Source: Crocinitomicaceae bacterium
Lineage (GTDB): Bacteria > Bacteroidota > Bacteroidia > Flavobacteriales_D > Sanyastnellaceae
NCBI GenBank assembly: GCA_002700285.1
Contig: PACT01000022.1
Span: forward strand, 120,429 to 184,428
Reading direction: 5' to 3'
DNA: 64,000 nucleotides
Shown here: piece after piece, positions 9,674 through 18,125 of the stretch
How the letters are laid out: each line of letters begins with the position of its first letter
Position numbering within the stretch: position 1 is the stretch's first letter
Translations under genes and position numbers: made by a program
Notes under the pieces: generated by a model
What the model saw: the letters and a program-made list of their open reading frames with translations, nothing else
Told to the model about the DNA's origin: nothing
Databases searched by the model: none

Positions 9674-10678
9674 TTAGCTATTAATGCCGAAGATTTCTTT
9701 TTTCACCCAACTTTTCCCCCAATCTTTAAGTTCTTGCTCAGTCCATAATTCGGGGAAGAAAATACGTTTTTGAAAACGTGGAGGAAGGTATTTCTGCCAA
9801 TTTGTTCCGCCAGTTGCGGCGATATCTTCTGGATCACGTTGAAGATATCGGACGGCAGATTTATAATGCGCCAGGGTCCAGTTAATGTTGACATTTACGT
9901 CTAGCCATCGCATTGCATGTTTCAGCTCATCTTTTAAGTTGTCATCGCTAGAAAAGGTCAATGAAGCTGCAGCTGAGCGAATGTTTGCAGAAAAATATTC
10001 CTCTGCCATGTCGATTAAATCGTTGTCGTACTTCTTCTCAAACTGTTTCAGCGTTAAGGTCTTCGCGCCAGTCTTAAGTTCAGATGCTCCTTCACGCCAG
10101 TATAAATGTTTGAAAACCTCAGGTAAATCATCAATTGTGGGGTTTGAAAATTTATCTCGGTGATTTTGGTGCGCGATTCGGTCAATAGACGTCGAACAAA
10201 TCTCAATCTTTCGATATTGGGCGCTTTGGAAGCCACTCGCAGGAAGCAGAGACATTCGAAATTTTAAGAATTCAGCGGAATCCATTCCGTCTACCATAAT
10301 GTCAAAACTGCTTGTGAGCGCCTCAAAGTATCTGTTTATTCTTCGAACTCTTTCTAGAAGGAAGGCTGGAGTGAGCTCCTCAGCTTCGACACTTTGCGCC
10401 ACCCGCTCGAATTCATGTAGACAAAGTTTAAAGTAAAGCTCAGTAATTTGATGGTAAATGATAAAGACCTTCTCATCTGGATAAGGTGTGATGGGCTGTT
10501 GTAAATTTAGGAGCGTATCGAGGTTGATATAATCCCAATAAGTCAGAAAGTCTGCATAAAGGAGACCATCTAGATACGAGGAAATATCTTGTCCCATTGC
10601 AGCATATTTTTTCTGCAAGGCGCTAAGCTTATCCAAAATTTCAGGAGAAAAATCTTTGTTCGTAGGCATGTCATTCAA
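9674..10678 (-). CDS. kynA: tryptophan 2,3-dioxygenase
   Basis: 334 aa with a TDO-family helical profile (YWDYINLDTLLNLQ, IYHQITELYFKL, FRMSLLPASGFQS). Confidence 0.8.
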   Translation of the reverse strand: MNDMPTNKDFSPEILDKLSALQKKYAAMGQDISSYLDGLLYADFLTYWDYINLDTLLNLQQPITPYPDEKVFIIYHQITELYFKLCLHEFERVAQSVEAEELTPAFLLERVRRINRYFEALTSSFDIMVDGMDSAEFLKFRMSLLPASGFQSAQYRKIEICSTSIDRIAHQNHRDKFSNPTIDDLPEVFKHLYWREGASELKTGAKTLTLKQFEKKYDNDLIDMAEEYFSANIRSAAASLTFSSDDNLKDELKHAMRWLDVNVNINWTLAHYKSAVRYLQRDPEDIAATGGTNWQKYLPPRFQKRIFFPELWTEQELKDWGKSWVKKEIFGINS

Positions 10679-11116
10679 TTAATTTACAGAGGCAATGCAT
10701 TTTAACTCAATCGCAATGGGAGTGGGCAGGCAATTTACTTCAACAGTGGTTCTGCAAGGGCGTTTTTCGCCAAGATCCGCGAAATACGACGCATAGATGC
10801 GATTGAACGTTGCAAAATCGCGGGACATATTTACCAGGAATACTTGAATATCAACCAACTCCTCCCATGAGCTTCCACTCGCTTCTAGAATAGCCTTGAC
10901 GTTTGAAAAAACGGCATGTACCTGTGCTTCAAAATCAAAGGCTATGACTTCACCATGCTCAGAAAGTTCAAGGCCAGGCACTTTGCTGTCGCCATTTCCT
11001 GATCCGGCAACACGTGGACCGACTCCACTTAAAAATAAAAGGCCCCCAACACGTCTGGCGTGGGGGTATGACCCGACCGGTTTGGGAGCAGAAGATGTAG
11101 AAATGCTATTACTCAT
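10679..11116 (-). CDS. RidA/YjgF-family reactive-intermediate deaminase
   Basis: 145 aa with the YjgF/RidA profile (GGLLFLSGVGP, RPCRTTVEV). Its stop abuts the kynA start with zero gap. Confidence 0.85.
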   Translation of the reverse strand: MSNSISTSSAPKPVGSYPHARRVGGLLFLSGVGPRVAGSGNGDSKVPGLELSEHGEVIAFDFEAQVHAVFSNVKAILEASGSSWEELVDIQVFLVNMSRDFATFNRIYASYFADLGEKRPCRTTVEVNCLPTPIAIELKCIASVN

Positions 11117-11141
11117 GGCTCGAAGGTAGTACCTTGCAGCT

Positions 11142-12431
11142 ATGCGTTACGAAAAATTACCCTCTGCGTTATACACACGTAATAGAAAAGTGTTGTCCGA
11201 GTTGTTGGAAACCAAGGGCTTAGCCCTGTTTTTCTCCAATGATATTTTTCCAACAAGTGCCGACGGAGAGTTGCCATTTAAGCAAGCGTCGGATATTTTT
11301 TACCTCAGTGGCGTGGATCAAGAGGAAACAATTTTGCTTTTATTCCCTGATGCCCATGCGGCATCAGACCGAGAGATTATTTTTACGATTAAAACAAGTC
11401 CAGAGCTTGCAATTTGGCATGGGGCAAAACTCACAAAGTCTGAAATACAAGCACAGACTGGTGTGCAAAACGTCCAATGGCTCTCGTCGTTTGACGCGAT
11501 TCTTCATCGCCTGATGGCCGAAGCGGATGTTTTATACCTCAACGACAATCCCCATACACGAGCGAGTTCAGAAGTGGAAACAAGAGAGAAGAGAGAAAAC
11601 GCGCGTATTAAAACAGCGTATCCGAATCACAAAGTTGCACGTTCATCCCCTTTTTTATATGACTTGCGCGCCGTCAAACAGAAATCTGAAATTCTTCAGA
11701 TGCAACGCGCCTGTGACATCACAAAAGCGGGTTTGGATCGCGTTTTGCAGTTTGTAAAGCCAGGGGTCATGGAGTATGAGATTGAGGCAGAGTTTATGCA
11801 TGAATTTCTAAGAAGGGGTTCTCGCGGTTTTGCCTACACACCTATTATTGGAAGTGGGCCTAGCGCTTGTGTCCTTCACTATATAGAAAACAACAAGGAA
11901 TGCAAGGCAGGCGACGTCATCCTATTAGATGTAGGTGCTGAATATGGCAACTATGCAGCTGACATGACAAGGTGTATTCCTGTGAGTGGAAAATTTACCG
12001 ACAGGCAAAGAGCAGTCTACAATTCTGTGTATTCTGTCATGCAGAGCGCGATGCAGCTGCTCCGTCCCGGGGTGAGTTTGCACGAGTACCACAAAGAAGT
12101 CGGGGAGCTGATGACGCGTCAACTTTTAGAATTAAAGCTGATCGACAAACACGATGTAGAAAAACAATCCCCAGGGCACCCAGCGTACAAAAAGTATTTT
12201 ATGCACGGGACCTCCCACTTTATAGGCCTTGATGTACATGATGTGGGCCACTGGCATAAGCCGATGCAAGCGGGGAACGTTTTCACCTGTGAGCCAGGGA
12301 TTTATATTCCTGAAGAAGGACTTGGAATCCGCTTGGAGAATGACATTGTCATCACAGAAGATGGGTTCGTTGACCTTATGGCGCACATCCCTCTTGAGGC
12401 GGAGGCGATAGAAGATGGGATGAACACATAG
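11142..12431 (+). CDS. pepP: Xaa-Pro aminopeptidase (M24B)
   Basis: 429 aa. It has the N-terminal creatinase/AMP_N domain plus M24 metal ligands (DVGAEYGNYAADMTR, HGTSHFIGLDVHD, EPGIY, RLENDIV). Confidence 0.9.
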   Translation: MRYEKLPSALYTRNRKVLSELLETKGLALFFSNDIFPTSADGELPFKQASDIFYLSGVDQEETILLLFPDAHAASDREIIFTIKTSPELAIWHGAKLTKSEIQAQTGVQNVQWLSSFDAILHRLMAEADVLYLNDNPHTRASSEVETREKRENARIKTAYPNHKVARSSPFLYDLRAVKQKSEILQMQRACDITKAGLDRVLQFVKPGVMEYEIEAEFMHEFLRRGSRGFAYTPIIGSGPSACVLHYIENNKECKAGDVILLDVGAEYGNYAADMTRCIPVSGKFTDRQRAVYNSVYSVMQSAMQLLRPGVSLHEYHKEVGELMTRQLLELKLIDKHDVEKQSPGHPAYKKYFMHGTSHFIGLDVHDVGHWHKPMQAGNVFTCEPGIYIPEEGLGIRLENDIVITEDGFVDLMAHIPLEAEAIEDGMNT

Positions 12432-12498
12432 ATCCTTAAGAAAAGCAAGACAATTTACACTTTGATGCACTAACTTGTGTGTCAAACAAAGATGGAAT

Positions 12499-14082
12499 AT
12501 GATGAATAATTTTTGTAAGATTTTAGCGGTGTTAACGTTTTTCATGTCGATGAATTTCACATCAATAAACGCCCAGTTTGTAGGATATACAGTGGAATTA
12601 GACACCATGTTTTTAGAGGAAGGGAGCGACCTAGAATTCTTCGGCACATATCGTGTGTACGCGAACTTTACCAACGCGAACGACGCCATCAGCGCCATAT
12701 GGTCGGACGTAGGCGCCGAGGGGACGCCTCCGATGTATATAAATGCGCCTTGTGGGTGTCACAACCCCGTTGAAACCAGTGCTGCAATGGATGCAACCAA
12801 CAGTTCTGTGCTTTGGAGCACTTTCCCGGAATATGAATTCGACACGTATTGGACAATAGGCATGACAAGTGGAGATGCTGAAGGTCAGCTCCCAAGCACG
12901 ATTGGAATGCCGGAAGGGAATGAGATTTGCTCAGAATCTACTGACAACGGAGCCGTATTCGCAATAGGCATTCCGCCCAATGCTTTGGCTGGAGAGGAGT
13001 TGCGGGTTTTGATCGCACAAATCACCACTTGCGGTGATTGGTCGCTGCAGACGTGTTTTCAAACGTTTGTGGATGCAGACCAAACCGATTTGGTTCTAAA
13101 TTGTCCAGAGCTTTTGGAGTTTACGCACCCCTATTTGGATGGAGAATGTGTCAATGACACGGACGGTGATGGCGTGTGTGATGAATTTGAAATTGCAGGC
13201 TGTTACGAGCCAGATGCGTGTAACTACGATCCGAATGCAACAGACGACAGTATGAATTGTGATTACACGTGCTATGGTTGTATCGATGTTGTGGCATGTA
13301 ATTTTAATGCGGTCGCGACTGTTGATGATGGAACCTGTGATTTTTTAAGTTGTGCGGGTTGTATGAATGCGATGGCATGCAACTACGACATGGAAGCGAC
13401 AATTGATGACTCTACTTGTTTTTTACCCGGAGACCCTTGTGATGATGGAGACCCGTATTCTTTAGACGATGTGATTCAACCTGATTGTATGTGTTTGGGA
13501 TATGGTTGCAACGATCCAGATGCGTGTAACTTCTCTGCGTCAGCGATTCCAGACCCTACAATTTGTAGCTACTTGAGTACGTATGCAATCTCAGGAGAAG
13601 TGGTTCCGACAGCAAATATGCTCTTGTCCTACTCATATCCGAACACCACAGGGAGCACCTACGAATGGGTCTCTACAAGTGGTGACATTACAGATGGCGA
13701 AGGGACATCTGATGTAAACGTTTCTTGGTGGGGCTCTGGATCGGGCTCTCTATGTGTCACAGAAACAAACAGTGGTGGTTGCTCTAGTGAAGAAGTATGC
13801 CTCGCAGTAAATATCACGCCAGTTTCCATTGATGAGCTGGAGAGTATCGTTTTTGATGTATATCCGACTCCGGCTTCGACGGTACTTCATGTAAATATTT
13901 TTGAAGCGAGCGCCGCCAACGCAGCGCTTCTTTTGCGAGATTATTCAGGTCGTATTGTGAGAAGCTACACTTTACAAAACGCCACGACAATCGATGTGTC
14001 CGAAATTTCAAGAGGCGCATATATTTTACAACTAAACATTGAAGGAGGAACCCCGTCATACAAGCACGTGATATTAAATTGA
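12499..14082 (+). CDS. secreted T9SS cargo protein with Cys-rich ACNYD-type repeats
   Basis: Signal peptide MMNNFCKILAVLTFFMSMNFTSINAQ and a TSP3-like DTDGDGVCD loop. Four Cys repeats follow. The C-terminus FDVYPTPASTVLHVNI...GAYILQLN...KHVILN is a T9SS type-A sorting domain. I use the ATG at 12499; the track starts at the TTG at 12475. Confidence 0.8.
   Translation: MMNNFCKILAVLTFFMSMNFTSINAQFVGYTVELDTMFLEEGSDLEFFGTYRVYANFTNANDAISAIWSDVGAEGTPPMYINAPCGCHNPVETSAAMDATNSSVLWSTFPEYEFDTYWTIGMTSGDAEGQLPSTIGMPEGNEICSESTDNGAVFAIGIPPNALAGEELRVLIAQITTCGDWSLQTCFQTFVDADQTDLVLNCPELLEFTHPYLDGECVNDTDGDGVCDEFEIAGCYEPDACNYDPNATDDSMNCDYTCYGCIDVVACNFNAVATVDDGTCDFLSCAGCMNAMACNYDMEATIDDSTCFLPGDPCDDGDPYSLDDVIQPDCMCLGYGCNDPDACNFSASAIPDPTICSYLSTYAISGEVVPTANMLLSYSYPNTTGSTYEWVSTSGDITDGEGTSDVNVSWWGSGSGSLCVTETNSGGCSSEEVCLAVNITPVSIDELESIVFDVYPTPASTVLHVNIFEASAANAALLLRDYSGRIVRSYTLQNATTIDVSEISRGAYILQLNIEGGTPSYKHVILN
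13195..13572 (+). repeat. four tandem protein-level repeats, GC-x4-ACN(Y/F)-x3-4-A-x3-D-x2-C
   Basis: GCYEPDACNYDPNATDDSMNC / GCIDVVACNFNAVATVDDGTC / GCMNAMACNYDMEATIDDSTC / GCNDPDACNFSASAIPDPTIC, read directly from the translation. Confidence 0.8.
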
Positions 14083-14091
14083 TCTGAAACA

Positions 14092-15948
14092 ATGAAAAAG
14101 AATTGGGTTTTATATGGATGTTGTCTGTTTTTCACAGCACACTTATCTGCCCAAACTTTGCCTCATACAGATTATTTGGGCGTTGGACATGTGACAGGGA
14201 TATCTGTCACAACAAGCGGAACAGGATCTTTGGGCGAGGGCATCAACACCATGAATGGATCTGGAATGGACCAACATCTTAGTGACGCAGCCAGATTCTT
14301 AGGCCAAGCGACCACTGGATGTGATTTCGAAACCATTGAAGCGCTATCGGCACAGGGTTTTGAAAACTGGATAGATGCTCAAATGGTGTTGCCGGAAATG
14401 AACTATTTGGATACGACTCGGATGATCTGGGATCATTTTGTCCAAGCATATTATGACGAATGGGGCGAGATCATCATCAACGGCAATGAAGATGTTTTTC
14501 CCGCACATTTTTATTGGCGCATGGCATGGTGGAACAATGCGATGTCGGGTGAAGATTTGTTAAGACAGAAAGTGGCGCTGGCACTCAGCGAAATATTAGT
14601 GACCTCTGAAGATTCTAAATTGGACCGTGATGCTTTTGGATTGGCTTCTTATTATGATGTTTTGTATTCGAACGCCTTAGGCAATTACAGAGATTTACTC
14701 GAGGAAGTGACATATCATCCAGCCATGGGGTACTTTCTCAGCTCGATCAACAATTCGCCGACCAACGAAGCGGAAAACATTCATCCTGATGAAAACTATG
14801 CACGAGAGGTTATGCAGCTGTTTACTATAGGCGTATATCAATTGGAACTAGACGGCTCCATTGTCACGGATGAAGATGGTGTTCCAGTGCCAACTTATGA
14901 GAACGACGATGTTGGAGAACTCGCGAAAGTATTTACCGGTATGGGTCCAGCACAATATTGGTCGCCATGGGTCGATTATTCCGAGGAGATAGTTGAATGG
15001 GGTGTTTGGTACAATACGGTTCCGTATATCAATTCTACCATGCCCATGGTCATGTTCGAAGGTTGGCATGAGGAGGGTGTCAAGAATCTGCTGAACGGAG
15101 GAGCCACGGTAGATGGCGCTTCAGGCGGCCAGGACATCGACATGGCTTTGGACTTTCTATTTAACCATTCAAACACAGCGCCATTTGTAAGTAAATTGAT
15201 GATTCAAAGAATGGTGAAGTCAAATCCTTCTCCTGAATATATTGAACGTGTGGCATCGGTATTTGTGAACAATGGGGAAGGGGTGAGGGGAGATTTGTCG
15301 GCGGTTGTGAAGGCGATTCTTCTGGATGAGGAAGCAAGACATTGTTCTTGGATTGAAGACTCAAGCAGTGGAAAGATGCGGGAACCCATGATGCGGTACA
15401 TGCAATTGTTGAAGGCTTTCAATGCCTCAAATCAATCGGGGAAGATGTGGAGTGTTGGCTGGTGGGCTGAAGAAATGGGACAACATCCGATGGCGTCTCC
15501 AACGGTGTTTAATTTCTTTATGCCGACGTACTCGCCTTCAGGCCCGATATCAGACTCATCCTTAGTCGCACCTGAGTTTGAATTGTTAAACTCGGCAAGT
15601 TCCATTAAATATATCAATCTCATTTCTGATATGTGTTTCGGAGAAGTGTATATGGAGTCCATTACAATGGCGCATCCCGATGACATTGGGATCCCTTGGT
15701 GGGACATGGCATATTCTCCCGATGACAATGTCACCTTAGACTTTGAGGATGAAATCATTTTGGCATCGAATGATGTACACGCAATGGTCGATAGGCTTAA
15801 CATTCTCCTTGCCGGCGGGACAGCCTCTTCAGAAACGTTAGACACCATTTCAACGCTCATCGATGTAGAAGGTTTTGCACCTGCAGATAGAGTTAAAGTG
15901 GCCCTTTATCTTCTCTTAATTTCCCCGGATTATATTATCCAAAAGTGA
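14092..15948 (+). CDS. DUF1800-family protein (secreted)
   Basis: 618 aa with signal peptide MKKNWVLYGCCLFFTAHLSAQ and a DUF1800-like profile (HPAMGYFLS..NS, NENYAREVMQLFTIG). It is paired with DUF1501 downstream. Confidence 0.75.
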   Translation: MKKNWVLYGCCLFFTAHLSAQTLPHTDYLGVGHVTGISVTTSGTGSLGEGINTMNGSGMDQHLSDAARFLGQATTGCDFETIEALSAQGFENWIDAQMVLPEMNYLDTTRMIWDHFVQAYYDEWGEIIINGNEDVFPAHFYWRMAWWNNAMSGEDLLRQKVALALSEILVTSEDSKLDRDAFGLASYYDVLYSNALGNYRDLLEEVTYHPAMGYFLSSINNSPTNEAENIHPDENYAREVMQLFTIGVYQLELDGSIVTDEDGVPVPTYENDDVGELAKVFTGMGPAQYWSPWVDYSEEIVEWGVWYNTVPYINSTMPMVMFEGWHEEGVKNLLNGGATVDGASGGQDIDMALDFLFNHSNTAPFVSKLMIQRMVKSNPSPEYIERVASVFVNNGEGVRGDLSAVVKAILLDEEARHCSWIEDSSSGKMREPMMRYMQLLKAFNASNQSGKMWSVGWWAEEMGQHPMASPTVFNFFMPTYSPSGPISDSSLVAPEFELLNSASSIKYINLISDMCFGEVYMESITMAHPDDIGIPWWDMAYSPDDNVTLDFEDEIILASNDVHAMVDRLNILLAGGTASSETLDTISTLIDVEGFAPADRVKVALYLLLISPDYIIQK

Positions 15949-15953
15949 TCCCC

Positions 15954-17345
15954 ATGAAGCATAAAAACAAAATATCAAGGAGACATTTCATAGGCACTAC
16001 GGGATGCGCTGCAATGGGCTCAACCGCCTTTCTGTCGTCATTTACCACTCTGGGAATGATGAATTCCCTGGCACCATCACCCCCACCTGATGACTACAAA
16101 GCCCTTGTATGCATTTTACTTGCAGGAGGAAACGATTCATACAACATGGTCGTACCAACATCAGCTGAGCCTTATAATGTTTACGCCAACACGAGGTCAA
16201 ACTTGGCGTTGCCACAAGGCGGTCTTTTGCCCCTTGATTACACGGACGCTTCGGGCATCAATTACGGCCTTAACCCTGCCATGCCTGAGGTGGCCAACAT
16301 GTTTAATTCGGGAAGAGCAGCGGTGATTGCAAATGTTGGGACCTTGATTGAGCCAGTGACCAAATCACAAATCTTGTCAGGGGCTGCCCCCGTTCCTTTA
16401 GGTTTGAAATCTCATTCAGACCAGGCGCGTCATTGGCAAACATCTGTACCTCAGTCGCGCAATGCGAAAGGGTGGGGTGGAAAAGTTGCAGACATCCTTG
16501 CTTCTGGCAACTCAAATCAAGACATGTCCATGAACCTGTCACTTGCTGGCACGAATCTATGGCAAGCTGGAAATACTGTTGACGAATTCACAATCACACC
16601 TCAAGGAAGTGTTGGGGTCAATGTACTCAACAACACAGATGCTTTGTCGATGATTATAGGCGAAGGTGTGTCAAACATCATGGATCAACAATACGCTGAC
16701 ATTCTCAAGCAGACTTATGCGAACAAAGTGAACGCATCGCAAAACCAACATAATGTTTTCACGGCGGCCATCTCAGACTTAAACCCTTTGTCGACAGAAT
16801 TTGCCAACAACCAATTTTCAAAACAAATGAAAATGGTGGCCAAAAGCATTGCTGTTTCTGGATCACTTGGTATGGAAAGACAGACTTATTATCTCAAACT
16901 AGGTGGATTTGACACACACGGAGAAGTCATCAACAACCAAGCAGCCAAACTCTCGCTTTTGAGTGCTGCAATCGGATCGTTTTATGAAGCCATGGACGAG
17001 CTCGGAATCTCAGAAAAGGTGACGACATTTACAATTTCTGACTTTGCGCGGACTTTAACATCTAACGGTGGTGGATCAGATCACGGATGGGGCGGTCACT
17101 CTATGGTGTTTGGCGGTGCGGTGAATGGTGGCCAGTTCTATGGCCAATACCCCTCTTTAGATATTGGAGGAAACCTAGATATCGGAAATGGCGTACTGAT
17201 TCCTGAGATCTCTACAGATCAATATTTCTCAGAACTCGCACTTTGGATGGGCGTTTCCCCCTCGGATCTTCCCAATATATTTCCCAACCTAGAGAACTTC
17301 TATACCCCTGGGGTTGGCACTCCTATTGGATTTATGAATTTTTAA
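15954..17345 (+). CDS. DUF1501-family protein with twin-arginine signal
   Basis: Tat motif SRRHFIGTTGCAAMG and the DUF1501 profile (GGNDSYNMVVP, GGFDTHG, SDFARTL..NGGGSDHGWGG). An alternative GTG start at 15945 overlaps the DUF1800 stop. Confidence 0.8.
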   Translation: MKHKNKISRRHFIGTTGCAAMGSTAFLSSFTTLGMMNSLAPSPPPDDYKALVCILLAGGNDSYNMVVPTSAEPYNVYANTRSNLALPQGGLLPLDYTDASGINYGLNPAMPEVANMFNSGRAAVIANVGTLIEPVTKSQILSGAAPVPLGLKSHSDQARHWQTSVPQSRNAKGWGGKVADILASGNSNQDMSMNLSLAGTNLWQAGNTVDEFTITPQGSVGVNVLNNTDALSMIIGEGVSNIMDQQYADILKQTYANKVNASQNQHNVFTAAISDLNPLSTEFANNQFSKQMKMVAKSIAVSGSLGMERQTYYLKLGGFDTHGEVINNQAAKLSLLSAAIGSFYEAMDELGISEKVTTFTISDFARTLTSNGGGSDHGWGGHSMVFGGAVNGGQFYGQYPSLDIGGNLDIGNGVLIPEISTDQYFSELALWMGVSPSDLPNIFPNLENFYTPGVGTPIGFMNF

Positions 17346-17351
17346 TTAAGA

Positions 17352-18008
17352 ATGATGAAAGCACACTCTATTTTCAGTCTTGCATCGCTCGTCAGCTTTG
17401 TCCTGCTTCTTAATTCTAATACGCTTCATGCTCAAATGTGCGTGGGCGATCACTCAACTTCGTCAGACGACGCATGGCAATCTTGTGTTGAGACCGTAAA
17501 CCCTAACCCTGATAGATCAGAAGGTCATTGGATACGTTATGATCTAGGCGCTTATTACGAACTCAACCAAAGTCATTTTTGGAATTACAATGTGTTTGGC
17601 GAAACCGCGCGTGGAGTGGCCAATATGGTTGTAGACTGGTCTCTTGATGGCACAAATTGGAATTTCTGGGGAGACATCAACCTTGAAGAAGCGCCAGGCA
17701 CGGAGAACTATTTCGGCGAAACCGGCCCGGATTTTGAAGGTCTGGTTGTACGCTATCTGCTTCTGTCGGTCACCTCAAACCACGGTGGAAATTGCTACGG
17801 GTTTTCAGAGCTAAAACTCAACGTGAATCCTGTTGTGGGATGTACGGGCGATATCGTGCTGAATGGAAGCATTGACATCAGTGATGTTTTATTCCTCCTC
17901 AGTCAATATGGTTGCCTTACAGAGTGTGAAGCTGACGTTGATGGGGATGGGACGGTCTCGATTACAGATGTCTTGGCCATCCTTGCTGTGTTTGGTCAAA
18001 CATGTTAA
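17352..18008 (+). CDS. secreted discoidin (F5/8 type C)-like protein with C-terminal dockerin-like double EF-hand module
   Basis: Signal peptide ending LHAQ. The discoidin-like core runs HWIRYDLG...VVDWSLDGTNW...RYLLLSV. The tail is CTGDIVLNGSIDISDVLFLLSQYGC..CEADVDGDGTVSITDVLAILAVFGQTC. Confidence 0.7.
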   Translation: MMKAHSIFSLASLVSFVLLLNSNTLHAQMCVGDHSTSSDDAWQSCVETVNPNPDRSEGHWIRYDLGAYYELNQSHFWNYNVFGETARGVANMVVDWSLDGTNWNFWGDINLEEAPGTENYFGETGPDFEGLVVRYLLLSVTSNHGGNCYGFSELKLNVNPVVGCTGDIVLNGSIDISDVLFLLSQYGCLTECEADVDGDGTVSITDVLAILAVFGQTC

Positions 18009-18104
18009 AAAGGGGATGATTTTTCATTTTGTCTCCCGGTGATCGTTCACGTCTAGATGAGACCTCACCGTTTGATTCCCTAAAAACACCCCTATTTCTC
18101 AAAG

Positions 18105-18123
18105 CGTCCAAACAGATTGGACG
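18105..18123. terminator. hairpin between convergent genes (possible bidirectional terminator)
   Basis: cgtccaa-acaga-ttggacg is a perfect 7-bp stem, extendable with G-U and A-T pairs. It sits 3 nt beyond the minus-gene stop and about 100 nt after the plus-gene stop. The flanking T-run is short. Confidence 0.4.
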
Positions 18124-18125
18124 TT

